From Epiperipatus broadwayi (lineage: Eukaryota; Animalia; Onychophora): 64,000 nt of DNA. The stretch spans positions 12,772,001 to 12,836,000 of the forward strand of contig JAQFVV010000001.1 of NCBI GenBank assembly GCA_028023455.1. Reading direction: 5' to 3'. The notes below the pieces were generated by a model, which ran no database searches, was not told the DNA's origin, and worked only from the letters and a program-made list of their open reading frames with translations. Made by a program: the position numbers and the translations under genes. Of this stretch, positions 26,620 through 39,905 are shown piece by piece. Within the stretch, counting starts at the first letter, position 1, and each line of letters starts with the position of its first letter.

Positions 26620-28250
26620 GGATTCACTATGGAATGAAGTTCTCTTCAATCCATTTTCTCTGATATCTAGACCCTCTTCTCCACATCATATCAATATTCT
26701 TCCTTATTTTATCCATCCATCTCAGTTGTGGTCTTTTTTGATTTTTTATAATCTCTTGGAATTCAGTTTAAAATTTCAACTGTCCATCTAATATCATCTC
26801 TTTTAGACATATGTTGAATTTAATTCTACCTCAGTATAAAAAAATTATACTTCAGTCGCATGATTCTTTCAATGATTTCAGTAATATTTGTTTGTCCTTT
26901 TACCATGTATTTAGTTTTTAATTCCTGTTGCTTCTAACATTCATCTCTCCATGCTTCATTTAATGGTCTGATATTGCTCTTCTATTAAGTCAGAGATCCA
27001 TAAGGGAGAACTGATAAAACACACTTATTAAAAATCTTCCTTTTCAAAGACATGGGTATATATATTTTTAATAGTAAGACATTTCTAGCAAAATCATTCT
27101 ATCCAAGTTTAATTCTATGATTAATTTATGTGTATGATGTAATAACTGAAACACACAGGCTTATTATATACTTGTGTCTATATATGTAATATATAGGGTA
27201 TATGAGCACAGACTTTCACATGACCCACCACTCTCCACACTATCTCATAACACTGATATACTTGAACACATATATGTTGAAAAGATAAATAATCACCAAT
27301 GTACATATTTCATGCTAAACCAGCAATCATCAGTTGGTCAAGATTACCATCTCTACACCTATATACTATAAGTGCTCAGATATATATTAAGATAGCCAAA
27401 CCTCATACTTTAATGGACAGGCTTCAACCCACTCCACCCTCCAACTCTTCAACCATCCATCCAATTGAAAATCTGATGATGGAATGCTCGAAGGCCACCC
27501 TGAGGCTGAGATTCTTGTTTTCTGTCTTTATTTTCTTCTTCAGAGAAAATCCATTGGCATTACTTTAGACTTTTTAGTATTCACCTTTACTCCTATTTTC
27601 TTACTTTCATCTGATAATTCCTGCAGCATTTTTGAAACATTACTTGCAAAAACAATCACATTAACTGCAAAATCTAGATAACTTAAATAATCTCCATTTC
27701 TTTTTACTCCCTTAGCTTCCCATTTTAATTCAACAAAATAATTCTTGTAAAATTGCTATAAAAAGCTTTGGATATATGGGATCACCAATGTCATACATCA
27801 TTCTTAATCTTATTATCACCATGTAATTCAATTTTTGCTATTGCATTTTGATAAATATTCTTAAGAATATGATATATTGGATCTATATCTTGATGATCCA
27901 ATCATTGCTTTAATCATGAAGAAATGCTTATAGAATCAAATGCTTTTTCATAATCTATAAATCCAAAGCATAATGGCAACTTCTATTCATTGGTTTCTCT
28001 TTATAACTTCTCTTAATACTTGGATATGATCCAGTGTGCTAAATTCATTTTTAAATCCAGTTTGCTCTTTTGATTGTTAAAATAAAAAAATCACTATGGA
28101 TGACTTGTAATTATCTTCTTAAAATTTTTGGAAGATCATTGCTTCAAATGTATCTACTTACATATGTTGTATACATCAATTTCTTATCTACTATAGATAA
28201 TTATTTTTTAAAAAGCATAATGTGGTCATCAAGGTGTTTAGGAAACTACT
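26620..28250 (-). mobile_element. Decayed RTE-clade LINE (RT and C-terminus), interrupted by a family C insertion
   Basis: Minus strand: EQTGFKNEFSTLDHIQVLREV, FIDYEKAFDSI, YLDFAVNVIVF, RIKLG, IPMSLKRKIFNKCVL, RWTVEILN, RPQLRWMDKI. Confidence 0.85.
27135..27480 (-). mobile_element. Hammerhead family C copy
   Basis: Reverse complement aligns with 32730-32990. accaa-CTGATGA-ttgctggtttagcat-GAAA-atatgtaca-ttggt. Confidence 0.75.
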
Positions 28251-28539
28251 AAAATCAATGTATTTTTTTTTTTTTTGTGATTTTATTTTTATATTTATGG
28301 ACTTCCAAGTTTATTTTAATTTTAGCAGTATTTTTTTGGAATTTTATTATTTTCCCTATTCAATTATATTTTAATTGTCATTTTTCTCTGGCAGTTTTTT
28401 AAAAATCTGTTTTAAATTAGGATGCAAAAAATAAATGCAGTACTAAAACCTTATTTGCAGCCTTTTTCATAAATGCTTGCTACCAAAGGTTTTTTTTTTG
28501 GATGACTTGCTAATTGAGAATTTGTTACAGTTTCCTACT

Positions 28540-29040
28540 GGACTTTTTTTGCATAATTATGTCTAGGATGTATCAATGATGATTTGCATCTGAGTTTCCA
28601 CCCTAATAATCTTTGAGCTGGTGAAATGTCATTCAATGCTACTGGAGTAATGTGTTGACGTAACACTGCTGTATAGAATACTTATTATATTTGCTGCATA
28701 TCCATTTTGTTCAATTCTTACTTGATTTGGTATATGGTTTTCTTTCTATATTAGACTATTTAATTACAGATAATTTGCAGATTGCAAATATGTTTTAGTC
28801 CCTTCTCACTGATAAAGTTTTCAAACTTTTATGGCATCAAACCTGAGCTGATATTTATAGCCAAAATCTCATCCGGCATTATATGGAAAAAAAAACCCTC
28901 TCAGATCATTTCCTTAAATCCCATGTTTTTTTACAAACCATTAATTAGGAGTTGATAATAACAAGAATTATATAGATCATGAATAGGCCTGTATGGTCCA
29001 TGTAGATTCATTGCTATAGATAGCTGCATTGCAAATACAA
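28540..29040 (-). pseudogene. Highly decayed gypsy integrase fragment
   Basis: Minus strand: MNLHGPY, YIILVIINS, MPDEIL...KFENFISEKGLKHI, DISPAQRLLGWKLRCK. These match the integrase core and the post-core SPA-LL-G--LR motif. Confidence 0.6.
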
Positions 29041-29759
29041 TGCATATATTTACAATTTCAGACTTGCAGTTGATTGACATTTAATAGAAAAATTAACTGT
29101 TGACACAAATCACTAGCTATTACATCTATAGATGTGTTAAATATGTATTTCTGTGTATCTTTTATGAATTGATTTAATATCTCTATATGGTTATTGGAAG
29201 AAGTGAGCACTCTGTCTTCTATAAGTATTGATATTTAGTATGTATCTAATTTTTTAATATTTTATAACCATCATCTGATATTGGCCTTTTAACAATTTTT
29301 AAATCTTTTTATCATTTCTTAATCATTATATAGTTAAAACATATTTTTAAAAATAGCTTTCACTTTTTAAATGGATTTTTTTTTAAAAGTTAGCAGTCTT
29401 TTAACTATAGTTATTTTGTTGCTCAACAGATTTTAAAAATTATGTTCCTAATATCTTCTAATTTAACTCTAATTCCACTTAATCTCCACTAACTGCAGAA
29501 TATACCTATATACTTTTAATACTGGTTTTTGAGTACAGTTTATAGCTATACTTAGAATTAATGCATAATCTACTTCCATCACATAGAACTATTCATGTAA
29601 TACTTCTTATAATTTTGTAAATTATGAGTTCATTATCATATTGTTATTTACAAAAATCTATCAATATTTTACTTTTTTTTCATTTTTTTAAAATCGTAAT
29701 CTATAATCTTTTAAAATTTATTTTTTCAGTCTTTCTTCAATATTTTGGTATTTTATTAC

Positions 29760-30150
29760 ACACACATATATAAACTTTAAATTAAACATAGCTCAATGTA
29801 TATGTAAACAAAGGAAATAAATCACCCTTCCCTCATGTTATATATTGAGCTATATTTAATTTAAAGTTTACATATTAAATCTTATTTAACTATTACGATT
29901 AAGGAGTTAAAAGAGAGATGCTGTTTTCTACATTATTTAAATAATATGAGTTTAATAACTCTTAAGTACCATATTCCATCTGGCTGATAAATTAATTTCT
30001 TTCTGGATTACCAACAAGGTAGACAAAGGTATGCTTATAAACATCAGAGCTTCCAAGAATAGGTCAATTTATTCTATTCTTGATTTACAATTTAGAGTGC
30101 TTTTATTTTATAGCTTGGGGAAAGTGATTTATTCTATTTGTTTATATATA
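29760..30150. repeat. Interleaved inverted repeat (P-Q-P'...Q')
   Basis: aaactttaaattaaacatagctcaatg vs tattgagctatatttaatttaaagttt; taaacaaaggaaataaatcacccttccc vs ggggaaagtgatttattctatttgttta. Confidence 0.7.
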
Positions 30151-30208
30151 TATATATATGTGTGTGTGTGTGCATGTGCATGAGATACAATATTTTTAAT
30201 GGATGTTT

Positions 30209-30710
30209 AGATGAAAATCTTGAATGTGTGGAGTTGTCCATTTAAATCAACTTAATTAGAAAGCATGTAACTTAGAACAACTGTCCCAGGTCAAGAGTCA
30301 AAGTAAACTGACAGGCTAATGCATCCAAAAGGAGGATCCAAAATATATATAAAGAACTTTTTGGATGCATCAGTCTGTCAGTTTACTTTGACTCTTGACA
30401 TGGGGCAGTTGTTCTAAGTTAAGTGCTTTCTAATAAAGTTGATTTAAATGGAAAACTCCACACATTCAAGATTTCCATATATATATAACCAATAAAAATA
30501 ATAAATATAACAATAATTAAATATTATATAGTCTTTCAATCTGCAGAAATACCTTTAGTTAATTCCTTAACCCTCCTCAACTGTCATTAAATTAACAGCA
30601 ATTGAGGACGGTTAAGGAATTAACTGAAAGTACTTCTGCAGATTGAAAGATTGTATATAATAGTTAATTATTATATTTATTATTTTTATTGTTATTACAA
30701 TAGATTTTAA
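30209..30710. mobile_element. Double-hairpin cassette (unknown hairpin X + family B hairpin) within a 13-bp direct repeat
   Basis: Hairpin X ~30212-30476 (~120 bp arms); hairpin B ~30490-30700 (~100 bp arms). ttaatggatgttt at 30196-30208 and 30711-30723. Confidence 0.8.
30597..30640 (+). ncRNA. Minimal type I hammerhead-like motif (family B)
   Basis: gcaa-TTGAGGA-c ggttaa ggaa ttaact-GAA-AGTACT-T-ctgc. U at core position 3. Other copies at 46085, ~50440 (minus) and ~52525. Confidence 0.65.
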
Positions 30711-32729
30711 TTAATGGATGTTTTATTTATATATATATGCAATTGTTTAGATAACAATTTTATTTATATTTCTTAGAATAACTTTAGCTAATTATCAATA
30801 AATTATTGTTACATACGTGTTATTTATAAAGAATTTTTTTTGTCTAATGGAGTTACTTCAATATGTCTACTATTATAACAATTCAGCCCTTTTTTCTAAT
30901 CATAAAAGGACAATAGTTCAAAAAATGAATTGCTTTATTTCTAGAAACTACTTCAACCAAAGATTAATCAATATTATCATATTTTATTAACCAGAAGTTT
31001 TACAATATTTTTTTTCTTATTTCTATTAAGTAATGCAGAGAATTTGCAAATAGAATCCATTGTGTTCATTTATTACATTTACTTAGAAGATATAACTTAC
31101 AATTTTATTTGAATATTAAATATGTACAAATTTTCTATTCAGAATTGTAATTATTATTTAATCAATCAAAGTGGATTAATACATTATGGCATGACCTGGG
31201 ATAATGCTATAAAGTTGTAATACCTTTAAGAATTGAATGCCACTTGATTTTATGAATGTTTAGAGCATGCCAAAGAATTAGTCAATTTTTTATATTTTTG
31301 TTATTCTACAGGTAATATTATTGTGAGGGAAAAAGTATTGATGTTGTGAAAATATTATAATCAAAGAATAAATAACAATTTTAGATTACACTGGGTACAC
31401 ATGGATGGATTGAAATTGTTTTATTTTGATAAATAAAAAAAATTGATTGATTTATTGCTCAATAGGGGGAGTTCCTAAAAAGTTTGAGCATCAGAAGTAG
31501 CAGAGTTTGATAGTAATCTATACATCTTAATCCCCAGAGTTTGCCATTCTATCACTGCACCAAATCAAGCAGCGATTTTATTTTGATCATATTATGAAAT
31601 AATTGAGTATAAAATGAAGTATATAATATATGGAAATTAGTGAAATGAGAAATAATTGATCAATGATGGGATGCATAGATTTCATTATCATAACAATAAA
31701 ATGTTCTCTAGAGAATCACACATGCACACAAACATAAGGCAAAGATTGATATCGAGTTTAATGTCTCTTATTAATAATAGTAATAAGAAACACATAATAT
31801 ATACAAATATTTTTTATATAAAATAAAATATTTTTTAATTCATAGTTGTTTTAATATTAACAATCAAGATATGCATTATTTTATTGATTGTAAGTTTATT
31901 AATATTAGCAAAATCATTTACTAAAATGGCTAATGTCAAAAAAAGGCAATATACTGATCTAAAATATGCTTATCTATAATCCTTTAGGCTAAAAAAACCG
32001 AACATAATAATGAATATTACACACTAAAGTCAAAGTTTAAAACTGATTAAATAAAATTTCATTTTATACAGAAAAATATAACTACATCTCAAAAATGCAA
32101 ATTTGTGTCTTTAAAATGCTGTTTGTGTAAAAAAAAAAAAATATATGACTCATCAGTATTTATTTTATAATGTGAAAAATTAATCGTTTTAAAGTTGAAA
32201 TATATTTAAATATAATTTGATAAATTTAAATACCTAATACTAATGAATAAATTATTGTGAAAAATTAAATCAAACAAGTAAAAGCGTACAAACAAGTTTA
32301 AATGACTTCATTAAGGTTTTAGCTGCGACAGCCTTAAATGACCTTTATTATCTGGACGATGGTTAATGTGATCCAGCTGAAATATCCAATTATAGCACTA
32401 GTATTAACAACAAGCAAATATGCATTTACAGGAAGGGAGTGTATACATGAACAAATATTAAATATATATTTTTATTTTACAGATATTTTTATTTTAATAT
32501 GTATATAATGATTCATAAATGTTGGGTAAGATGTGTGAACACATACGCTTTTTTTAAAAATTATTTTCTGTAGTGCTAATTTCAAATGATCTCTCAGATC
32601 TAGCATTGCCAAACTAAATACGATTACAAAGAGCAAATTAAATTCTTCCAATATATATATATTTCACTAGGCTAAACCACTAGTTTGTTAGTTTTATATA
32701 TACAATATTTGAAATGCAGGGGCTCTTCA

Positions 32730-32990
32730 TATATCTGCCTTTTTCTCTTGATTTATATACTGAGCACTGATTATATATAGATGTAGGAGATAATGATCTA
32801 GACCAACTGATGAGTGCTGGTTCAACACGAAATACATATATTGGTGATTATTTATCTTTTCTACATGTGTGTGGTCATGTGTATCAGTGGTATGAGATAG
32901 TGTGGATAGTTGAAGGATGCTTGAAAGTCTGTGTTCAAATTCCCTACATACACATCTTTAGTATGATCACAATAAATCGGTTATTTTTGA
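32730..32990 (+). mobile_element. Hammerhead family C copy
   Basis: Aligns with the reverse complement of 27135-27400. Confidence 0.75.
32802..32845 (+). ncRNA. Type I hammerhead ribozyme (family C)
   Basis: accaa-CTGATGA-gtgctg gtt caacac-GAA-atacatat-A-ttggt. Core intact, stem I accaa/ttggt, stem II has one mismatch. Confidence 0.7.
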
Positions 32991-35137
32991 AAAAAAAATA
33001 GTCATATATATATATTATAAAAAGGCCTTTATACTTCCGGTTTTATAAAGAAATTCTTTAGAAGCCAATATTCAAACTAATATTCTTTTCATTGCATACC
33101 CAAGGCATAAACTATACTGAATATTTTTTACAAACTTGCTAATAATTTGTGAACATGTATTATTCACAATTATCTCCAGAATAAGAAAACAAAGAACTTA
33201 AAGTATAATCTAGAGATATGATTTCTCAGTGCATTGTCCTTATGTGCACAATCCATCTATTGTGAAGACATTTGCTTTAATGGCTTAACATTACTTAATC
33301 AAATTAAAGCATTATTTTTTAATATTAAAGTTAAAACCAACATTATATGACAAAAAGCATCTTATCCATGTGTAATTTTAATATAAATTTTGAAAACAGT
33401 TAATTTCATTCATCAGCTAACTTTTAAGAGTATTAATCTCAAAAGAATATCACTAAATATCATGTATCATAAACTCCTTTTGATATATATTGTATAGTAG
33501 CAGATGTAATGGAATAACTATTATCTTAAGACTAAGAACAAGAAATAATTTAATAATTTAGCAATTTTGAAATGTTGGTAGTAAAAAGTGAAAACTTCTA
33601 AAAAACCCTAAAGATTAGCAACAATGATGAAAAATGGAGATTAAATATGAGAAAACCTAACAAATAAATAAAAATAAATGAAAAATAATTTTGTAAATTA
33701 TAAAACTAATTCTTATAATAAGGTACTAGAATGAAAGGAAAATGTGATTGTAAAAGATTTAGAATTAAAAAGATGGGAAAGTAATATATAGATTTATAAA
33801 TTGTAATAGAAAAAAATAACATGTTAATTAAATATATAGCAGTAAAAAATCAAAAGAAAAAAATTATATATATATAAAGTACTGTAAAATAGTGATAGAT
33901 TTCAATTAGATTACAAATAGTATTACGAATAAATAATCATATTGTAATGTCAAAACTTTAATATACTTTATTTTTTGAAATAATCATACTGTGGAAAATA
34001 CAGATTTAGTCTCAGTTTTGTAATGCAGAATTGTAGGTAAATTTTAGAACTAAATTTTAAAATCAAATTCTGAAGCAAGAAATAAATGGATACTCAACAC
34101 ATAAAGGAAAACATTAGGAAAAACAATCAAATTTGTTGGTTTAAAAAAACAAATAATAATAGCAAAGTAAATAATGCAATAAGGATATAAATTGATATAA
34201 AAGATGGAAAATATGTCAAGTAAAACAAAGTAAAGTGAAAAGATGAAAATAAGAAATCTTGTATAATCATCACTAAGGGAATGACAGAAAAAGAATAGAA
34301 AAATACAAATATATATATGAAATAATTAACAATGAATTGGCCAAATAGTACATAAAATTAAAAAAGCATTATCAGAAAAAAGAGTGATTTTTATGGTTTA
34401 TTTATAATATAGTAAAATAGTTTCATTAAAAAATCTAAGTCACACATCTTAAAACAACATTACAAAATGATAATTTATAGCAAAGAGAATAAATATAGTA
34501 AAAATCTCAAATTAATATAAAATAAAATCAGATAGAATAAAATAAGATGCCTCACACATCTTCACAAGAAATCTTTTCTTATGAATATGTTAGAACAATA
34601 TTTTCTTATTGCTTTTATACTAACTTGTCCTATGTTTCTGTCAGTATGTCCAAATTTTTGTCTGTGTTTTTGTCATGATGTGAACATTTTTGAATTTTTA
34701 ACAATGAAAAACATTTTGTTCTTCTTTAGAACTCAAACTCACATCTTATTTTTCCTGGGGAAATGCTTAGCAATGAACCAATATTATGTTTGTAGAATGA
34801 AATTTGGTTCATATTGATTTCATTTGTATGTAATTAATTAAAAGGAAATATTTTCTACTAAAATCTAACTTATTATTTTGAAATAATTAATATTTCATAA
34901 ATATTTTCTGAAAAAAAATAATAAACATAAAAAAAAAGGTAAGAGAATTATATGTTTTTTATTTCCAAAATCAAAACAAAGAAAAAGAACTGACAAAATC
35001 ATTGACAAAAGATGCTCTCTTGTGGTTAGAACAAGAAATATAATAAAAAAGGAAATAATAAAGAATATTATTTTATTTCAATTGAAATTATATGCTTTAT
35101 TTATAACTAAAAAGTAAAAAATAAAACATTAAAAAGT

Positions 35138-35401
35138 CATTTTTTAATAATAATACTTTTATGTAAACAGCTGACTAAAAAGTAGAAAATAAAAAAATAA
35201 TCTGACTAACAAAGTAATCTGACTAAAAAAACTTGTGCCATTTTATGAAAGTATTTGAGGCCATAAAAGTCAAAAAGGCCCCCCCAAATGCTTTTATGAA
35301 ATGACACATTTTTTTAGTTGGATTACTTTGTTAGGTGAATTACTTTATTATTTTCTACTTTTTAGTTGGCTGTTTACATAAAACCATTATTTAAAAAAAT
35401 G
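35138..35401. repeat. Fold-back element (~120 bp arms)
   Basis: ttttatgtaaacagctgactaaaaagtagaaaataa vs ttattttctactttttagttggctgtttacataaaa; short loop near 35265-35285. Confidence 0.8.
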
Positions 35402-35927
35402 TTTTTAATATTATTTTATTTTACTATACATTTTCAATCATGTATTTCAGCATATGATCTTATGGTAATGAATCTTTCATATTATTTAAAATCTCTAGAC
35501 TAAGCATGGTAATAATAGTTATGTAACCATATTGTATCATTAAGTACATGCACAACATTTCTCTGTGGTTTTTATATCTTTTTTAAACTTTTTTTTAATC
35601 ACAGTGTTTCTAATAATGGCAAGTTTGTGAAATAATGAAGTGTGAGATTGTAGACATAATAGTATAATTAAGATGACTCATGGAATGAAATTCCATTTGA
35701 ATAATTGAAAATTAAGTGTAGAAAACGTTATAACTAATTGAAGTTTAGATTTAATTTATGATTTAGAAAAGTACTTAATATTTTTTTCGTTATCAATTTT
35801 TTTCTTAAGAGAATAAAATTAATGTGGTAAAGAGTGAGAAATTTAAAACAATAAGTATAACATCAAGTAAAGATAAAGTTTGTTAAAAATATTGAATAAA
35901 TATATTTTGACTAGTTAAACACGTTAA

Positions 35928-38900
35928 CAGTGACAAATTTACTTACTGTGGGATGAAGGGAGCCCAATTGGATATTTCTTGTAGAGAAAATTTCAAAATA
36001 AGACTCTAACTTTTCTATATAAATATGCATTTTTAATTAAAAAAATAGTAATTGAATAGTATAAATTGAATAAAGTATATATCATCTATATTAAAACAAT
36101 ATAAAACAAAATTTAAAAATACTTTCTAGCTTTTTGCTCAAAGAAGTCTTTCAAAATTGAATCAACATCTAGTTGCCTTCTTTTTGATTTTCAATTGATA
36201 GGATTGCTAAACTGTTTAGCCTATTTTGAGTCATAGTTGATCTTAAATAATTTTTAATCAGTTTTAATGGTACTTTTGTATTAGTCCGGCAATGATTAAA
36301 GTTTCTGGCAACAAACAAACATGTGAATAAAGACCGAATTAAACACATTTACAATCTTTAAGTGAAATTCAGCAGTATCTCAATTTATTTCAATCTTCTA
36401 AAAAGGAAATGAATTAATTTTGTAAGTAAATATTAGATAATATTCTGATCAGAAGAAAGTAATTAGTCAAAATATTGGGAGATCATTTCTGTAAATGCAT
36501 ATTTGTTTCATTTCCATTAAATAAAGTTATAGGTATCTATTTTTCAAAATAAATTTTTACATGTTTTGTGGTGGAAGATAATTTTTCACAAAATGTGTAA
36601 ATGTGTTCTTAGACATATGTTTCATCTCCAGTAAATCGGCATTTTTCCAAATAAATCTTTAATTGATCAATTAAATTTGTCAGAAACTCCTGTGTAGATG
36701 TTGCTTTCCAAAACTTATTGCCAGACTAATACATAGGTAAGCTCTCATTGCTATACTAATATAGAAAGTATAGTTTTAATTAAGAAAATGTCCTTTATCC
36801 AGAAGCAGCAGCTCTGGTATAGGCTAAATATATCAGAAAAGCAATGAAGAGATTAGGAAAGTTTTATCATTTTCTGCTAGAAATAAAAACATTTTGGAAG
36901 GTTTTCCATAATATTCTAATGAAATAATAATTTTTAGAACTTCCATTTCATCAACCAACTCATTGCCATCAAAATCCGTCTTCTTTACATAACATATAAT
37001 GAGTCTTCATATGTATTTCAATATGTGTCAGAGCAATTTATAATTATAACAAATGCTTTTTAAACTATTTTTCCATTTTTTGAAAATTTCCCAACAATCT
37101 TAATAAATCCATATGATTTTTTAATTGTGCAACTAGAGTTTGTAATGGTTGTTTAGCTTTATTCAAATTACATTAAAAAAATTTACTTTGAACAGTTCTA
37201 CAGGATTAATAATCAGCTCACCATTGACTTCATAATTAAAATAATTATTTTTTTTTTCAACTTTTTATTTTGACATTTTGGAATTATCTCTTAAGTCTTT
37301 TGCTGGAGCTTTTGACTCAACTAATGCTTACTTGGACCAGTATCCCTCTATTTGGTCAATCAATATAATAGCTTTTTAAATGAAGAAAGTGCTACAAAAA
37401 TATTTATGGTATCACTTTCAAATTCATTGCTAATAAAATTCACCTGGAAAAATAAATTATACCAAAAGTTCAGGATACAGGATACTACAAACTTATACTT
37501 TTAACTTGAGAATCTTCTGATGTTTCAAGAAGGCATCATAGACTTTAATTGATATCTTACTACTTTTATTCTTTGAATGCAACATCTCCACCTTCATAGT
37601 AAGTCCATTAACATATCTACAGAGAATAGACCATCTCTTTGCAATGATGATAATAAAACATAAAGGTATTAAAGAATACTAAAGAAAGTTAATGCATTAG
37701 ATCAAGTTTTAGTTAAATTTGCCAAACAAAATTATAATTATGACAAGCATAGTGTGTAAGCAGTGCTCTTGAATTCTAATCTGAACTCCAGAATTTTTTT
37801 TTCATATTTAAACTATTATCATATTCTTGCCCATAATATCATTAATATGTAATCTTATAGTAATAATTTCTTATTTCAGCACAACCTATAAATTTTCTCC
37901 AGAATTGTTTTCTACATTTATAATTTAATAAATTGTTCATAAACACCAATGATTAAACTATGTGATGCTATCATCAGAGACATATCATGATGTAAGGAAG
38001 ATTTGTTTTTGATTGCTGATATCTGAAGTACAATCAAGACTTACAGCAAAATACTTTCCTGATTTTATTCAATTTATAATCTAGTTTAAGATTTTACTTT
38101 CTATTAATTCCACTAATTCATTTTGAGTTGTTTTGATTAGATAATATTTGTGAGAAAAATGGTCTTGAATTATTAGGGAAATTTCCCAAGTAGTTCAATA
38201 ATTCCTAGAAAGTTTTCATTATGCCAATCATCTATGTTTTTAACAGATCCTTGAAATGCCAAATTATACTTAGCTAGAAATTGTATCACTGATAATAATA
38301 TTTTGAAAACTTGATGTAATCACATTTTTTTTTTGGATTTAATAATACTTTCCACAGTTGAAGTCTTTTTTGAAGTTCTCTACATTTTCACATTGCAATC
38401 AAATGATGCTTTATTCTTCATGTTCTGCATATTTGATAAGAGTATTTGGCAAATACGTGATGTGGACAAAGCAACTGACATATTATGGCAATAAAATCAA
38501 AATATTTAATCATTTTTATCAGAATATATCATTCAGGCAAAATATATTTCATCATTATGAAGTTTTCTTTTTAAGATGAACTTTTGAAAAATGACTTCCA
38601 TTATTTTGGCTATGAAATTCATCACAAAAAGTTTTGGAGGTCTTTTTTTATACTAAATAATCTATTATTTTCTGACTCATTTTCTCTGGCCAAGCAGCAG
38701 AATCATATTTAGTAGTTCATTAACTATTTTTCTCTATTTTCGGGAACACCACACTGAATTGTTTCCATGATGTTTTATTTTTATATATTTATTTCTACAG
38801 AATTTTTATATGTATTCATTTTAATATTCTGAACATCTTTTATGGAGACATTTTTGTTTTTAAGAAAAAATTCATATTTTTGATTGGTTCTTTTTAATTT

Positions 38901-39905
38901 TGTGTTGTCATTGTGAATTCTTTGTGTAAAATGCCATTTTGTTGTTCAGTAGTAATTTTTCTTACTTCACTTAATTTTCTTTTGGTACTGTCTACATCTT
39001 TACTCGTTCTGAATTGGACATTTTACAGAAAAATAGTTAGAATGTTAAGATTTTTTCCAAAGGCAGATAATAATTGAAAATATTTTAAATTTGCACGAAA
39101 ATAATCAAAAATATTTTCATAATTTTCAAAAAGTATTGAAAAAAATTGGCACAACAATGTAAATTAACAGTTTAGAGGTTTATATTGTCAGAATAATATT
39201 TAAGATTTTAAAGCAATTAATTGAACAATTAATTTTTATTTTATTTTATGTAAAAATAAGTTGCAAGTATAAAATAATTAAATTATATTAAAATTTGTTA
39301 CATCGCTGTAGAAATAATTCACATATATGTAAAATGATTTAAAATTCATCCTTCAATAAAATGGTAACAATTTATTTAGCCAATGTAATTTTTTTAAAAA
39401 AAAAAGACGTCATATATCTTTATTTTTTTGCAACTGCGCAGAAGAAACTTGCTATATGTATATTATGCCACGCAATATGCATATAGCAAGTTGTCTTCTG
39501 CATAGTTGTAAAAAATAACGATATGTGATAATATGCATATAACAGCTTGTCTTCTGTGGCAGTTACAAAAAATAAAGACGTGATGTGTTATCTTATAAAA
39601 AAATTACATTGACCAAACAAACTGTTATCATTTCAATAATCCACATACGGCAATAAAGCTGGTGGAAGCAGCGACGTAATTAGTCAACTCTGCACTATAA
39701 TATAGATAATTGATTATGCACATTTGTACGTAATATTGCGTTTGTGCTCAACGTAAAAAAATTACTTGAATATATATAGATATTTCCTATGATTGTAATT
39801 ATTGAAATAATGGTTATATGTTTTAATACATTTTTTGCAAGGAGCTCCCTTCAAACATGGGGTCTGATTGGCATAATCAGTCCAATCACTTTATATCAGA
39901 CGCTG
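35928..39905 (-). mobile_element. Decayed hAT transposon (ZMYM1-like transposase); boundaries tentative
   Basis: Minus strand: ENFLGIIELLGKF (~38200), KRWSILCRYVNGLTMK (~37620), LKLIKNYLRSTMTQNRLNSLAILSIE (hAT dimerisation domain, ~36215-36280). Ends CAGTGACAAATTTA / rc CAGCGTCTGATATA; possible degenerate 8-bp TSD cacgttaa/cctattaa. Confidence 0.75.
39358..39633. repeat. Fold-back with an internal tandem duplication in the right arm
   Basis: aatggtaacaatttatttagccaatgtaatttt vs aaaattacattgaccaaacaaactgttatcatt; tgcatata(g/a)c..ttgtcttctg occurs twice. ttcaataa at 39352 and 39632. Confidence 0.7.

Noticed and set aside
27474-27500. Opposite-polarity CTGATGA in family C (also 5795), which would suggest paired ribozymes
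   Set aside because: Stem II is incomplete and the downstream sequences of the two copies disagree.
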